Positions 23,839-36,862 of a stretch of DNA of 64,000 nt are shown one piece after another (position 1 is the stretch's first letter; each line of letters begins with the position of its first letter). The stretch is from Hydrolagus affinis (lineage: Eukaryota): the NCBI GenBank assembly GCA_012026655.1, contig JAAILG010000598.1, forward strand, positions 1 to 64,000. Direction: 5' to 3'. The translations under genes and the position numbers were made by a program. The notes under the pieces were generated by a model. It worked only from the letters and a program-made list of their open reading frames with translations, ran no database searches and was not told the origin of the DNA.

Positions 23839-26384
23839 CTATCATTATTCAAGCACAAAGAACTGAAACAAGTAGGGGAATTCGTGGACGCAGTTAACAA
23901 TTACACGTGACTGTTATGTGTCCATCTATCAGTGTATGGTCATTTTGACAAATAGAAATGTACCATCACATTTCCTATTATCAAAATAACTTCTGAATCA
24001 GAATTAGCAATTCAGAAACTGGGTCTCTCAGCAGGGAATCATTGTTCAGCACCACATCCTGTATCCGGGAAAAATTAAGCAAACATGAACAAGTGAATTC
24101 CAAAGGTTTCTGAAAACGTACGTGATTCCTTGTATTTGCTGGGTACTTTGACTGAACACTGACTCCACTGATCCATCCATCGGTGGGTGTTTTTGACTGG
24201 AGACATCAAGAACAATATATGTACCTAAGATGGCAATCTTCCATAGATGTTCCCTGTCTCTGAAAAGATTCTTAAATCTCCCGCTGCAGAATTCCAAGTG
24301 GAATGCAGAGTTAATGAGGAATTTGAACAAAGACTCGAAGGGTGATAATTTTCAGGCAGCTGCAGGCCACAAAATCTCAGCCTTTTCTTCAGAGAAGTGT
24401 GGGGTGGTTGGGGGGGGGGGGATTTATCCTGAAGAATAAGACTTTAGAAAAGAGCTTTGAAAACCAATCCACCAAGTTAGCCACATTGTTTGGGGTATTA
24501 TATCTCTACCTCTTTGGTTTTAAACAGATAGATAAAGCTAGCTAAAAGGGACAGATGTTAAGTCATTCAGGATAGTTTGATTTTTCTGTGGCGTCTGTGA
24601 ATCACATTTTTGGCTGAATTTTTCAGAGAAAAATCTGAAGGAAGGGAGTCAGGTGCGTGTTCCATTAAACTTTTTCTTCCAGCCTCTGTATACATATTTA
24701 CCATCCTATTCTAATAGGCAGGAACTTCTCAACAGTCTCTTCAACAAAAGTTTTAGGAACAACTGAGGTACTGGTCTCCAACATCTCATTGTTGCTTCAG
24801 AATAGCTAATGTAGCTTATTGCTGGTTCCCCAATAATTCATGTCACCAAATATATGAAAGTAGCACAATATGCAAAACGCATATAACTCGACAGCACACA
24901 AGCTTAGCTATAACCATGACCATAAAATAAATGCATGGCATCCTTCACCAGTGGAAAAAGACCGTTGCAATTCACTTATGCCTTCACAGTTAATGAATTA
25001 TGAGATTTTCACACATGCGAAAAGGCAATGGCAGCACTCTATCACTGGTGCAATATTTTACAGTATGTGTCTTCCAACATGTATGGGCACTCAGCTCACT
25101 GGAACATTTTTTTCAGATGTCAGATGGTCAGAGGCTTAGATCCCTCAAGCTACCAGGCAGAAGACACATCCTCTCCATATGTTCAATCCGCACCAGCAGA
25201 TGCTGAACCTGGAGGCCAAGAAACCCTCTCAAAGGAAACTGCTGTGGCAGAAGAGTTCAAAGGGTTCGGCAAAGCAACTTGTTGTTCCTTGCTTCAGCAT
25301 TAGGAAGGCATGTGCTCAGTCATAGTCCATTCAATACCAATTAAGTTACAAAAAAAAGTGTCCCATTGAAAAACAACAACTATTTCAGGATAATGACCAA
25401 CCCAATGAATATTAATTGAAAAAAAGGCACCGCTAAGGTAAACATCAGTGACTCTGTCTTGCACTCCATCATTCATCGCAGCAATAAAGATTTTTCTTTC
25501 CTTCAGCAATAACATGCCTTCATATTGAAAATGTACAACAATTAGCAAGTGCTTCCCACGGAGGCAGATGAACTGAAGACACACCGTGACACATACATAC
25601 ACATCAGCACTTGTCTCCCTGCCAACTTGTGGTTCAAATCGTTCAAAGCCCCATTTGAATGTACAGTATTGCCAATAGTTGATGAGACATGAAGCTTCTA
25701 GCCATAGCTGTCCTGGTGGGATGTGTATATGAGGTTGCTGGCAGAAGCAAGCGATGGGATAGGAAGAGGACTGAAGAGGATGGCTTTCCATACAGAGAAT
25801 CGGGAACGCTTCAAATTAAATCTCTCGGCCTAAATAACGAGGAGGGCACACACCCGACTATCTGAAGTCTGACACTTGTAGAAAGCCACTGCTTATCAGA
25901 TTCAGGAATAACTTTCAAAAAGATTATCTAAAATCTCTGCAGTTGAAAGAGGGGAAAGCTCAACTGAACAAATCTGATGACATTGAGACCATGGATCTTT
26001 GCTGCAGTTAAAGCTGGAAATCTGCGGAATAATGGAGGGGATAGTGTTGAGCCACTCTCAAGAACAACCACAACTTGCATTTATATAGCGCATCCCAGAT
26101 CGCTTGACAGTGGCAGAGTCTAATGTGAGGCCCAGGATTGGAGACTGAGGAACATTGGGATGTGATGGTGACAAGTGGGGTGTTGATAGAAGAAGAAATT
26201 TACTCGGATTTTACCCAGAACAATCAGGATTAATTAAAACATTTTCATGGTTATGATAAAAATGGAGCTTGCATTAAACAGGAGAATAAACAAAAACCTG
26301 TATTTATATAGAGCCCTTCAAGCGGGTAGTGTTCCAGAGAGCTCAATAATAATAACATCCAAAACCCTCAGAAAGAGGAGTTCT

Positions 26385-26815
26385 CCCCAATTATTCCAGA
26401 CTGCACTGGCTCCCTGTCCCGGAGAGGATCGATTTAAAGATCCTCATGCTTGTATTCAAATCCCTTCCACTCCTCTGCACCCCCCTACCTCTCTGACCTT
26501 CTCTCCCCTCACAACAGCACCCGTTGCCTTCGCTCCACTGGGTCTGGCCTCCTCTTTGTCCCCCAAATCCTCCGCTCCACCATCGGTGGCCGTATCTTCA
26601 GCCACTACGCCCCGAGGCTCTGGAACTCCCTCCCTCACTCCCTTTGCCTCGCCCCCTCCTTTCCTATTTTCAGGTCTCAGTTAAAGACCTTTCTTTTCGA
26701 CCGCGCTTTTGGTCACCTTCTTCCTGGCACGGCCCTGGGTCTGTTATTGGGGAGTGCTCTGAGACGCCGTTCGGTGTGGAGGGCACTATATAAATCCAAG
26801 TTGTTGTTGTTGTTC
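26385..26815 (+). mobile_element. L2 LINE 3' fragment (subfamily shared with 51996-53275)
   Basis: Encodes LHWLP..ERIDLKILML and APPYLSDLL...LRS...GGRIFSHYAPRLWNSLP...FRSQLKTFLF; (TTG)n tail. Confidence 0.93.
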
Positions 26816-27009
26816 TAGTTCGGTGCAGAAAATCGCCAGTAAATTCACATATTTATCTCATTATCATTTAGCATTTCTAGATTGAGTTCTGCTTCCAACA
26901 CTTTGCAGTATGAAAATTACACCCTGTGATATGCAGACTGTCACAATGACATCCTCAAATGTCCAATGCTGTATTAGAAACATCGCTTTTCCAGGGCTAG
27001 TAATCGGTT

Positions 27010-27207
27010 AAAAATAATAATAATAATAATTCGGTCACTTAATCCACAGCTGTTTTGTCAGACACTGCTGTGCGCAATTGGCTGCCATGTTTTGTCCACA
27101 AAATATGTAGTCAATTCATTCTACAGTATATTCTGTGACGCACTTTGAGACGTCTTGAATCGTGATAAGGCGCTATATGAAATACGATTATTATTAGTAT
27201 TATTATA
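27010..27207 (+). mobile_element. Young SINE 3' half
   Basis: ACACTGCTGTGCGCAATTGGCTGCC core and (ATT)n tail. Confidence 0.85.
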
Positions 27208-27698
27208 AATCAGTCCTGTTGAACTAGGACTAGATTAAGATTGTGCACCTGAAAATAAAACTCAGCAGGTTGGTCAACATCAACACCCCCACTATCTGGT
27301 TACACAAATCACAAGAAAGTATTACAGTAATAGATTTCAGGAGTCTCTTAAATTTAAGCCTCTTAAATCTCTCAACGTCACTCATTCTGGCTCCGGAGAT
27401 AATTGCTTGACAATTCACATCATGAAAAGTAACATAGCACAAACATTTAAATCACTCATAAACATGCATCATGTAAACCATCCACACGTGAGGTTTGCAG
27501 AGCCGAGCAAAACGGTAAATATAATGTAGTTATCTCTTCATCTCTGTCGTCACAACAAGAGGAGACTCTATTGATATGCTGGGTGACTCCTGAGTTACAA
27601 AGTCATGATGGAAAGGAAGGGAAGGGGATTGATCAGTAATTAACCAAAAGATTTATATTTTTCAGTTCCCACTGCCAGTGCAAGTTGCACAGGTACTC

Positions 27699-27963
27699 AA
27701 TAATAATAATAATAATAAAAAAATCCTTGCAGTTGATATAGTGCTTTTCATGTCTTCTAGATATCTAAAAGCGCTTCACAGAATATACTGTAAGGTGAAT
27801 TGACTGTATGTTTTGTTGGCGAAATGCAACAGCCAATTGTCCCAAGGAATTATTATTAGGTGTGTGGAGTAAGGAAACTTTCCCAAGGTTTTGTCCTGCC
27901 TGGAATCAAACCCAGGTCTCTTGCTTGCCAGGCAATTGCTTTTCCCGCTGAGCCACAGGACTC
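27699..27963 (-). mobile_element. Young tRNA-derived SINE with internal deletion
   Basis: Reversed tail and tRNA head present; part of the body missing. Confidence 0.85.
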
Positions 27964-28574
27964 TGTCAAATGCTTGAACAAGACCATGAGAGATCAAAAA
28001 CTTCTCGCTTTGACACTATTGTCTGGAAATTTAACCTGGTGCAGCCTATGGGAAAACTCGGTCAGAACTCAGAACAAGTGCAGAAAACAAGATTCCAAAT
28101 TAAGTCCGAAATTTTTAAAAAGATTTTGAACAATAAATTTGAAGATAGAAGACTGCAGGCCGAGTCTATTTGGAATTTTGTCCCAGATTCCTTGGTGTCA
28201 TCCTTGGACTTCTAAAACTAATTTATGCAATTATTCAGCAATTTATTTCAATTATTTCAAAGAACCTCCTAACCCCCTGTCCTCCAAGCTCACCAATCCC
28301 AAACCCCAGTTAGGCTCTGATATATTGTCTGTCCAGCACCTTGGGACGTCTTCCCGATGTGCAATGTAATTTTATTATTGTTTTAAAGAACTATCAGGTT
28401 TTAAAATATTGGAAGCCTTAATGCTATTAAGTAGCAATTTTTCCCACAAACAAACTAAACCTTGAATTCAAAGTCAAGCAATCTCAGGTTTCTGTATTGT
28501 TTTGTTATATTTCCTGTTGGTAAATGCTTTCTTTAGATTACACCGGCTGCTTCTATGGTCAGAAACAATCTGTA

Positions 28575-28600
<26 letters not shown>
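28575..28600. repeat. (AC)n microsatellite
   Basis: Direct inspection: 13 units. Confidence 0.95.
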
Positions 28601-28605
<5 letters not shown>

Positions 28606-30362
28606 AAAATAGCTTAAAAAGAGAGGCTTTCGGGATTGTGTTTTATGGGGACAGCAGGGACATCTGCTGATATTGATACCATTGTAATTTCTCTGATTTA
28701 CATTAAAAATTCCTTTCAGACATGCAATAACTTCAGGGTAAGTACATTGCGACCCTCTGAAGGAAACATCAGGGCATCTATCCTTGCTAAGGGGTATAAA
28801 AACCTTTCAAACACAGACATTCTCCTGTCCTTCCTCTCATGAATCAACAATATTTCATAAGCTGGCGTCTTTGTTAGTTGTCACTATGGCAGCTAAGGTC
28901 TCTGAACTTACTGCAGTCAATGTGAACATCGGCTGTAAAAATGCACAGAGACTCCAAGCAAGCTATCAAACCATATTGACTTGAAACGGTATATATCATA
29001 GCTTGGGAGTGGGACTGATTTTTTTAAAATTCACATCCAGTGCAGCTGAAACCAGATGAATTCATTTATGGAAATGCATGTTGTACAGAAATACATTGCT
29101 ACACAGATATTGTGCGCAGGTAGTGTAGGGTTTTAATGTGAGAGCAATAGATTCACTGGCTTCTGCAGATAGTATCAAGGTGATGCTTTCTATTAAAGTA
29201 ACTCATTTTATAGTAAACATGAGATTCCAAAAACCTCAGACTTCTGTTTTTTAGATGATAAAGTGGTTAAGATAGCTTCTATTTCATGCATCAACGCTTA
29301 GCTATTTCTCATATGAATTACACAATACACTTTACTAAAGTTCAGCTCCCTCCTGCTAAAACAACACAAAACACTATGATTTGTGTGTTGGCGGCCACAG
29401 CAAATGACAATGAATAAAAGGGGTTACTTGTAATTAAATAGTGTCAGTGGTCAAGGAGGGAATTCAGTGCAAGCTAAACTCAAGCAAAGAATATACTGCT
29501 GCATCTCCCTGTACTTTGAGCAGCTTATAAATATTAATTTAAAGACTACGAACAAGGACAGTGAACGGATTTGGGCATAAAACTTCTAACCAAGAGTGAT
29601 TTATGTCCAATAAAAGCGATAGCAGGATGGAGACAGTTTCGACTGCCAAGTTTATGACAGACATTGAAACATTGCTATCAAATAGATTGGTTAGAAAAAG
29701 GAAAATAAAGATTTTTCTGTATCTTGTCTGAGTGTTCCATATCAGGTGGTTTGAAACGTTTCCACACATGACCTGCTTTCTTCTCTTTGCAAAATGTAAG
29801 CAAAGATTTCGTGAAATTTCCTCATTTCCACTTCCTGTATTATACCAGCTATTTTCTTTTTAAGTTATACAAAATCTTCTTTGCAAGAATCACTGAGTAC
29901 AGAGGCTGTGCGTGCAATGGCATTAGGAAAGATTTTTCTTGTTTGTTTCAAAGCTGTAGCCAAAACAGATCAACTTTAAATACAAAATGAAATAGAATAA
30001 ATGAATAATGGAGCCAGAAGGACAAATAGAAGGTGCTCTATTCTATGGGACTACGAGCCTTCTCTCCATTAAGCGTTTCGGCAAAGTGAATACAAATTAT
30101 TTTGCTCTTTGATGACTCACCAGTGAAACTCACTCATAGTGGATAACCAGTCCTCGATGCTGAGCCTCTCTGAAGCCTATACTTCAACACAAAACCGAAA
30201 CAGCTAACTGACTGCCCTTAACTGTCGTACGTTTTACAACAAATATATTAATATAAGATATTGTATTTGTTGAATAATAATCATTATAATACATCCCATG
30301 TTGTGCTGACATTGGCACACTACCCCGCATAAAGGGTGCTATATAAATGCAAGTTGTTGTTG

Positions 30363-30907
30363 ACTACAACAACAAAATTGCATTCATAGAGTGCCTTTCA
30401 AATCAGGAGGACGTCCAAAGGTGCTGAACAGTCAGGGGTCGGGACCCGAGCATGGAGCAGGGACAGGGTAGAAGGAAGGAGCAGGGTAGGGGGAGGGGCA
30501 GGGTAGGGGGTTGGAGAGGGGAGTGAGAGAGTGGCTGAAGGCACGATCGAAAAGGAGGGTCTTGAGACTGGCCTTGAAGGAGGTAAGGAAGGAAGTGAGG
30601 CGAAGGGACTGTGGGATGGAATTCCAGATTGTGGAGGCAGAGAGTCTGAAAGTCTGGCCACCGATGGAAGATTCGGGCGAGAGACATGGAGCAGACCAGA
30701 GCCCACTGAACGGAGGGGGCGAGCAGGTTGGTAGGGAGTCTGTAGTTCGGAGAGGTAGAATGGGGCAAGGTCGTGGATTGCCTTGAATGTGAGGATGAGG
30801 ATCTTGAATTTGATTCTCTGTGGGTGGAAGTGATGGGGTCGCGGAGCCTGGTGTGCGAGAGGACACGAGCTGCAGAATTTTGGATGATCTAATAGTGTGC
30901 GCAGGAG
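30363..30907 (-). mobile_element. L2 LINE 3' fragment
   Basis: Minus-strand peptides QRIKFKILILTFKAIHDLAPFYLSEL and IWNSIPQSLR...FKASLKTLLFD; (CAA)n tail on the plus strand. Confidence 0.93.
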
Positions 30908-31269
30908 AACAAAAAATATACCCAAAGCCAGATAACCCTTGAGTGTACACCTCTGATCTTGCGGTGAATAGGGACAAGTTGTGACCTCTCATCTGACACT
31001 TCATATAAACCAGTGGAGGTTGACAAACAACTAGGACACAACAGGGACAGTACAGCCCGCTGGCCACCAGCAATTTGCAGTGAGGTGGTTGGGGGGTGGG
31101 GAGTTCAACTGCCTGAATACCTCAGTGGCCTCAGATGGCAAGTCTGGGCTGTGATATCAGTTGGAAGGAAAATCTGAGGGCAAAGGCACTCACTCGCTCC
31201 TCTGTCTGCCTGACCATCTAATGGATGCTGTCAAAATGAGATGAAACTCACCCATGAAGGGCTGATGAT

Positions 31270-31630
31270 GAATTTGAATAACAATATCTTTGATACAACG
31301 CCTATGATGTTGAATTGTTGCCAATCGCTTCACAGGGACTCGGTGTTATTTGTAGGGGTTTTGTATCTGTAAGCAAACCTGGCAGCCAATTTGTGCACAG
31401 CAATGTCCAACAATGAGCCGTGAATTGAATGATTAATTATCTGCAGGATTGTTGAGCAGGACATCTAGAAAATTTGCCTTTTCATTTCGAATAGAACCAC
31501 AGGACCTGTAACATCCAACGTGGGATAGATTTAACATCTCATTTGAAGGATGGCTCCTCCAACGCTGCTCTCCCCAATGTGATACCAGATTGCCATCTGA
31601 GCCTTGAATTCCTGGTCTGTACTCCAAGTT
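31270..31630 (-). mobile_element. Older Deu-domain SINE (SacSINE1/AmnSINE-like)
   Basis: GGCAGCCAATTTGTGCACAGCAATGTCC ... TTTAACATCTCATTTGAAGGATGGCTCCTCCAACGCTGC, reversed Deu-domain motifs. Confidence 0.75.
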
Positions 31631-31819
31631 GTAAATGAATCTCTGGAATCTCCGATTTGTAAATGAATGTTAGAAATTTTATGTTCAATCGTTCGTCTGA
31701 CTAGGACATGCAATTTTCAATTTAGTAATTTGTTCTGAAAGATTTCTTCAACTTTTGTGACACTGACTATAGTATTACAAAGTTTACCATCAAGACGTAT
31801 TGGGGTACATGTAAGCAAA

Positions 31820-32082
31820 TTCTTACAGCGCCTTAGCATGTAAAAACATTTGAAACACTTCACAAGTAATTATTACTGTCTTTGTATGCAATTATGGCAA
31901 ACATTTTGAATCAGCAGGATCTCAGAAACAGCGACAAGACATTTTTTTCTGTCCAGGACACCAGGACCTTCTCTCTTATCTTTTCAAATAGTCTCTTGGA
32001 ATCTTTAACATCTATTTGAGGAGGGGCAGATGGCAACTTATCTCATTTGAATCATGGCACATTTGACTGAGCAGTGCTCCCC
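31820..32082 (-). mobile_element. Degraded Deu-domain SINE
   Basis: CCAGGACACCAGGA...GGAATCTTTAACATC...TCTCATTTGAA motifs. Confidence 0.55.
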
Positions 32083-32087
32083 TAGTG

Positions 32088-32438
32088 GTAATAATCCTTG
32101 CATTTGATATTAAGAAAAGTCGCTTACCACATCTTTGAGACGTCTCAATGCGCTTTGCAGAATATACTGTTAAGTAAATTGACTGTATGTTTTGTGGGTG
32201 AAATGCAGCAGCCAATTGTACACAGCAGTATCCCACAAACAGTCATGGATTGAGTGATCAAGTTTTCTTCCAGGTATTGTCACTAGAAAGCGATCTGCCA
32301 ATTGACTAACAACCAGGTTGTTACTTACTGCTAGGTAAACAGAGACGTGTGGAGTAAAGAAGCTTGCCTAACATTTTGCCCTGTCCAGGAATCAAACCCA
32401 GATCCTTGCAATGCGAGTGCTGTAACCAATACCAGGAC
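32088..32438 (-). mobile_element. Young SINE, interrupted by ~70 bp of unrelated sequence
   Basis: Tail and body at 32088-32275; head at 32345-32438. Confidence 0.75.
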
Positions 32439-32742
32439 TGGTACATTGGAGTGCCAACCCAGAACATGAGCTCAATGCCAACGTGCAGCTGGAACCCAGA
32501 GATGAAGCCAATGACAACATTCAATCTAAGCCAGTTTTTCAATAATATAGGAAACAAAGTAGCACTCAAGAAAAGAGTAATTTGAATGCCAAAAGAATAT
32601 GAAAACCTCCTTTACAATGAATTAGAGGGCGAAAAAACATCCACTGTACAGACAAAAGGTAAGTCTGAATCAAAATGCATCATTGAGATAAATTAAATAT
32701 GATCACATTATAATACAAAAGGTTCCCAGAAAGGTATGGGTT

Positions 32743-32830
32743 AATAATAAATAATAGTAATCCTTGCATTTGATAAAGCGCTTTTTACATCTTCTAGACA
32801 TCTTGAAGCGTTTCACAGCATATACTGTGA
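32743..32830 (-). mobile_element. Young SINE tail fragment
   Basis: (TAA)n TCCTTGCATTTGATAAAGCGCTTTTTAC... directly abuts an L2 tail. Confidence 0.8.
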
Positions 32831-33290
32831 ACAGCAACAACAAAACAACTCTTGTATAGTGCCTTTCATGTCAGAGCAGTCTTGAGGCGGGACATGAAGG
32901 AGGCCAGGGAGGGGAAAATGCGGAGGGACTGCGGGATGGATTTCCAGAAGTTGAGGGCAGAGTGGCTGAAGGCTCGCCCGCCAATGTTGGGGCGGTTGGG
33001 TCGGGGGACGTGGAGCAGGCCACACCCTGCTGAGCAGAAGGGGCGGGCAGGTTGGTAAGGGGTTAGAAGGTCATGGATGTAGGTTGGGGCAAGGTTGTGG
33101 AGGTCTTTAAATGTGAGGACCAGGATCTTGAATGGATGATGGGGAGCCAGTGGAGTTGTGCGAAGATGGGAGAGATGGAGTCATGGAGTTTGGAACAGTA
33201 GAGCACACGGGCCGCAGAGTTCTGGATCATCTGCAACCTGTGGATGGAGGAAATGGGAAGGCTGACAAGCAGGGGATTTGCATAGTTGTG
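32831..33290 (-). mobile_element. L2 LINE 3' fragment with internal deletions
   Basis: Minus-strand peptide YANPLLVSLPISSIHRLQMIQNSAARVL...LHWLP; (CAA)n tail. Confidence 0.9.
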
Positions 33291-33377
33291 CAAATAATGC
33301 AAATTACAAGATTTATGCAAATATAAAATAGATGTATATAAGTAAATATATATATTAATAAATAATGCATATACAAA

Positions 33378-33625
33378 TTTCAATCCACAACTGTTTGTGG
33401 GACACTACTGTGCACAATTGGTTGCCGCATTTTTGCCCACATATATTCAGTCAATTCACTTTACAGTATATTTTGTGAAGTGCTTTGAGACGTCAAGAAG
33501 ACGTGAAAAGTGATATATCAAATGCAAGGATTATTATTATTATGAATGAATATATCATGAAGGTAACAGCTTGGGACGTTCTCCTGACATGAAAGGGGCT
33601 ATACAAATGTCATTTTTTGTTGTTG
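33378..33625 (+). mobile_element. Young SINE 3' half followed by an L2 tail fragment
   Basis: SINE body and tail to ~33543, then GCTTGGGACGTTCTCCTGACATGAAAGGGGCTATAC...(TTG)n. Confidence 0.82.
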
Positions 33626-34459
33626 AGAATGCCTGGCAATGAAATGTCTGACTCAAATTTCTGTTTTAATTTTCAATGTGTCGGTAGAATTCATAGAATT
33701 CTCAGTTTGGTTTCGATACTCTTTAGCCTGGTGATGGGTTTCCGCAAGTGTCAGACCCCTGGCTGACTCCCCCACCAAAAAAAAATGTTTCTAGTTATAA
33801 TAACTAATTATATGATTTAGAATGATAGAAAAATCAGTATAGCCAATCTACCCAGGATCTTTGGAGTATTGATTTTCACATATAGGCACTTACAGCATCT
33901 AAACAGCCCATTTGGTCCAACAAGTCCATGCTGGTGTTTAAATACTACATGAACTGCTGCCCCTCTGTATCCTCTCCCAAACACCTCTATTCCCTTCTCC
34001 CTTGCGCACGCAATCATTCATCGTGACTGACAGAGTAGATTAGATTTATTGATATCTGAATTGACCAGCATTTACGAAACCATTTCCTTTTCGGTGCCAT
34101 TAACTGGTGTTTTCTAGCAGTAACAGCTTCCTTCTGAAAATTATTTACCCGTAAAGTTAAATCAACTTGGCTTGTTAAATTTCAATTGATTTTCAATATA
34201 TTTAAAAGTTGATTCTTACACATAGTACCATTTAAAATGTTTAAGGGTTTGAAGCATTGGGACCAAGTACTTTTTTTGGGGACATTTTCTGAACTCAACG
34301 ACCACTCCTGACATTTAATTTGCTTTCTGAGATATCATGATGTGAGATGTTATTCTCAGCAAGGCTTGGCTTCTCTCTTCAAGTATATTGAGATTGCCTT
34401 ACCTAATGGAATGCCTTTTTGAGACACAGCATTTTGTAGACCTTGGTGCAGATTGTGGA

Positions 34460-34745
34460 TCCATAGAAACTTACAGCACAGAAGACAATCATGTCTCTGC
34501 TGATTCTTTTAAGAGCAATCCTTTCATGTTCCATTTACCCTCTCACCGTATCCCTGGCATTTACTCCTTTTTAAATATCTATCTTGTTCCCTTTAGAAAG
34601 CTAATGTGGATACTGCCTCAACCATTGCTTTTGGCTATTCCATATTACAACTACTTTGTGAGAGATCACAATTCTCCTAACCTCCCCCATTTGACCATTT
34701 ACTAACTACCTTATATTGATGTCCTCTAGTCACTAACCAAAGGCC
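34460..34745 (-). mobile_element. Degraded CR1 LINE 3' end
   Basis: CATAGAAACTTACAGCACAGAAG is the reverse complement of a CR1 3' terminus; similar to 39256-39445. Confidence 0.55.
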
Positions 34746-36843
34746 AGGAGATTCTTGGACATACCAATAAAAAGGTATTGATGGTTGTCAACAACACAGA
34801 ACATGATGGACACTTCCCTAAGAGGTTGATGAATATGTGAAAGGCATTGCATTTGTATGTGAAAAGCATAGTACAAGCGCAAGTTATTATTGTTGAATCG
34901 TACTTCAGAACAGGGAGATGCAAGGCATAGGTACCTTAGCTAAATCACAATAGTAACCATTCAAGCACACTCTCCTTTAGCTCTCCTTGGTGTTCCAAAC
35001 AAGAAGACACTTGGGGTTGTGCAGAGATGCTCTAATATACACCAGTCATTTCAATTCAGACACTGGGAAATGCCTATGCATAGATGACATGCATATGCCC
35101 AGCATTCAATGTGGTTTGGATACTCTTAAGCATGGTGGTGGATTTTCTGCATGTATCAAGACACCCAACTAACCAAAAGAAAATATCAATCACCCATTGC
35201 TAACCCACAGGGACAAATTCTGGTGCATTTTAATGGACTTTGCTCAGAGGTCACAGCTGACTTCAGTTCGAAGACAACCCCCAAATCTACTACTGAACTG
35301 TAACTAACACATTTACTTTATGTGCTTAATACATTGAGCCCTTTAAACAAGAATATTATAGATCAAGATTTTAAAATCTGAATTGTACATTCTATACAAA
35401 TAAATAAAAAAATGGTTAATTTGGTGCATTTAGGATTCTACATCTGGATTAGAATTAGATTTGGTATGATTTCAGTTGTTGTTGACTGTATTTACAGGAG
35501 TAATAAAAATCCATACAATATTCAACCTGTTTTTAGTGTATGTCCCAAAATACTCTAGCATGTTGCGATATGCCGCCCCACTGTTAAATGTCGTGCAATT
35601 ACCTTTTATTCAGAATAGCTCTGCTGGAAGATGTCGGAACTGTTTCACAATTGAAGAGCTAATATTACTTTTTTCTTATTAAACTGTATTAGGAAGCGCA
35701 TAATGGAAAACATTATACTTTATGGAGACAAGGTATTACGCTCTAAATTCCCAAGATCCCGAGTATCACTGACATACAATGTATCAGTTAGTGGAGTGCA
35801 GTCGGTACGTTAATACAACGGTAATATTTCTTTTCCCAGTGCAGCTTTACTGCACTTATGAGATGCTGCTTTCTTAAAACCACCCTGGTGCTGCTGTCTT
35901 TTTAAACTTTAGTGTTCCCATTATGATAATGCCTGAATTCCTGTTATTACAAAATTACACTGATTTCCTGGGATGCGTTAACAATGCTGTTGACAAGATC
36001 TGGGGGCCAACATTTCTCATGGTTTTAGCCTTAAAATCACTGCATTGGAATTCACGATCATGGAGAATCTTAGAAAACTCGTGAAGCTCTTCATTTGGAA
36101 ACTGATTCTCGACACCTCCTTCTTGGCTTCTGTAGAACACCAGATTCCGAATGAAGACTACATTTCAGGATTTTCCCAAATCCTGAACAATCACAATGTT
36201 TAAGATAATGGTCTTAAGGCTGAGACTATATAACTTTTGGGTTATGTATTAAAAATGTAGAAACTTGTATATTTCAAACACATTTTGCAATTTTTTCCCC
36301 CTGTTTTATGCTAAACAGACACTTACTATATTAATTTTCCTTGTAAATGTTTGTCAAATGATTATTACACTTATATTTCTGCCCAAATTACACACAATTT
36401 GTAATAATTACTGTGAAATACATATTACTATTCAAACCATTGCTTTGCTTCAGGGATGGTTGCTGAATTTTAGGAGGGTAACATTAGCAAGGTTTATTTT
36501 TTATGGAACCTAGTTTGAGTCACTTGCACAATCAGTTCATGGTTCTGTCAGGTACACTTCACATCCACTGTTTCTATAAAACACATTATATTCATTCTAT
36601 TAAGTACATGCCGTCGTCCTTGAGGTTAGTCAGTTTACATCATAGGAATCGGAGATCATTCAGTCCAATTTCAATGGATCATGGCACAACCTTTAATCCC
36701 TCTCCTTTTCATCAAACTCCATCTTCTTTACTCCAACTCCCTGTGATTCTGTAAAGAAATATTTCCCAGTGAAAGCCCTAAAATTACATGTTAAAATAAG
36801 TGAACCTGTGTGACCTATTGCCCTGTCAGTTTCACTCCTGAAG

Positions 36844-36862
36844 CAGCCAGTAGGTGGTGCAC
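36844..36862 (+). promoter_or_regulatory. Candidate CTCF motif
   Basis: CCAGTAGGTGGTGC is one change from the CCASYAGRKGGCRS core. Motif match only. Confidence 0.3.

Noticed and set aside
24045-24065. TTCAGCACCA, the left half of a REST/NRSF RE1 site
   Set aside because: The right half (GGACAG) is absent; similar half-sites also arise from L2 tails (e.g. ~30410-30430).
25300-25791. 163 aa minus-strand ORF, and the nearby plus-strand acceptor-like site at ~25117
   Set aside because: No recognisable protein similarity or matching donor; cannot be supported as coding from sequence alone.
30398-31073. Longest ORFs in the track (213 aa and 175 aa, minus strand)
   Set aside because: They are frameshifted pieces of an L2 ORF2 remnant plus flanking sequence, not a host gene.
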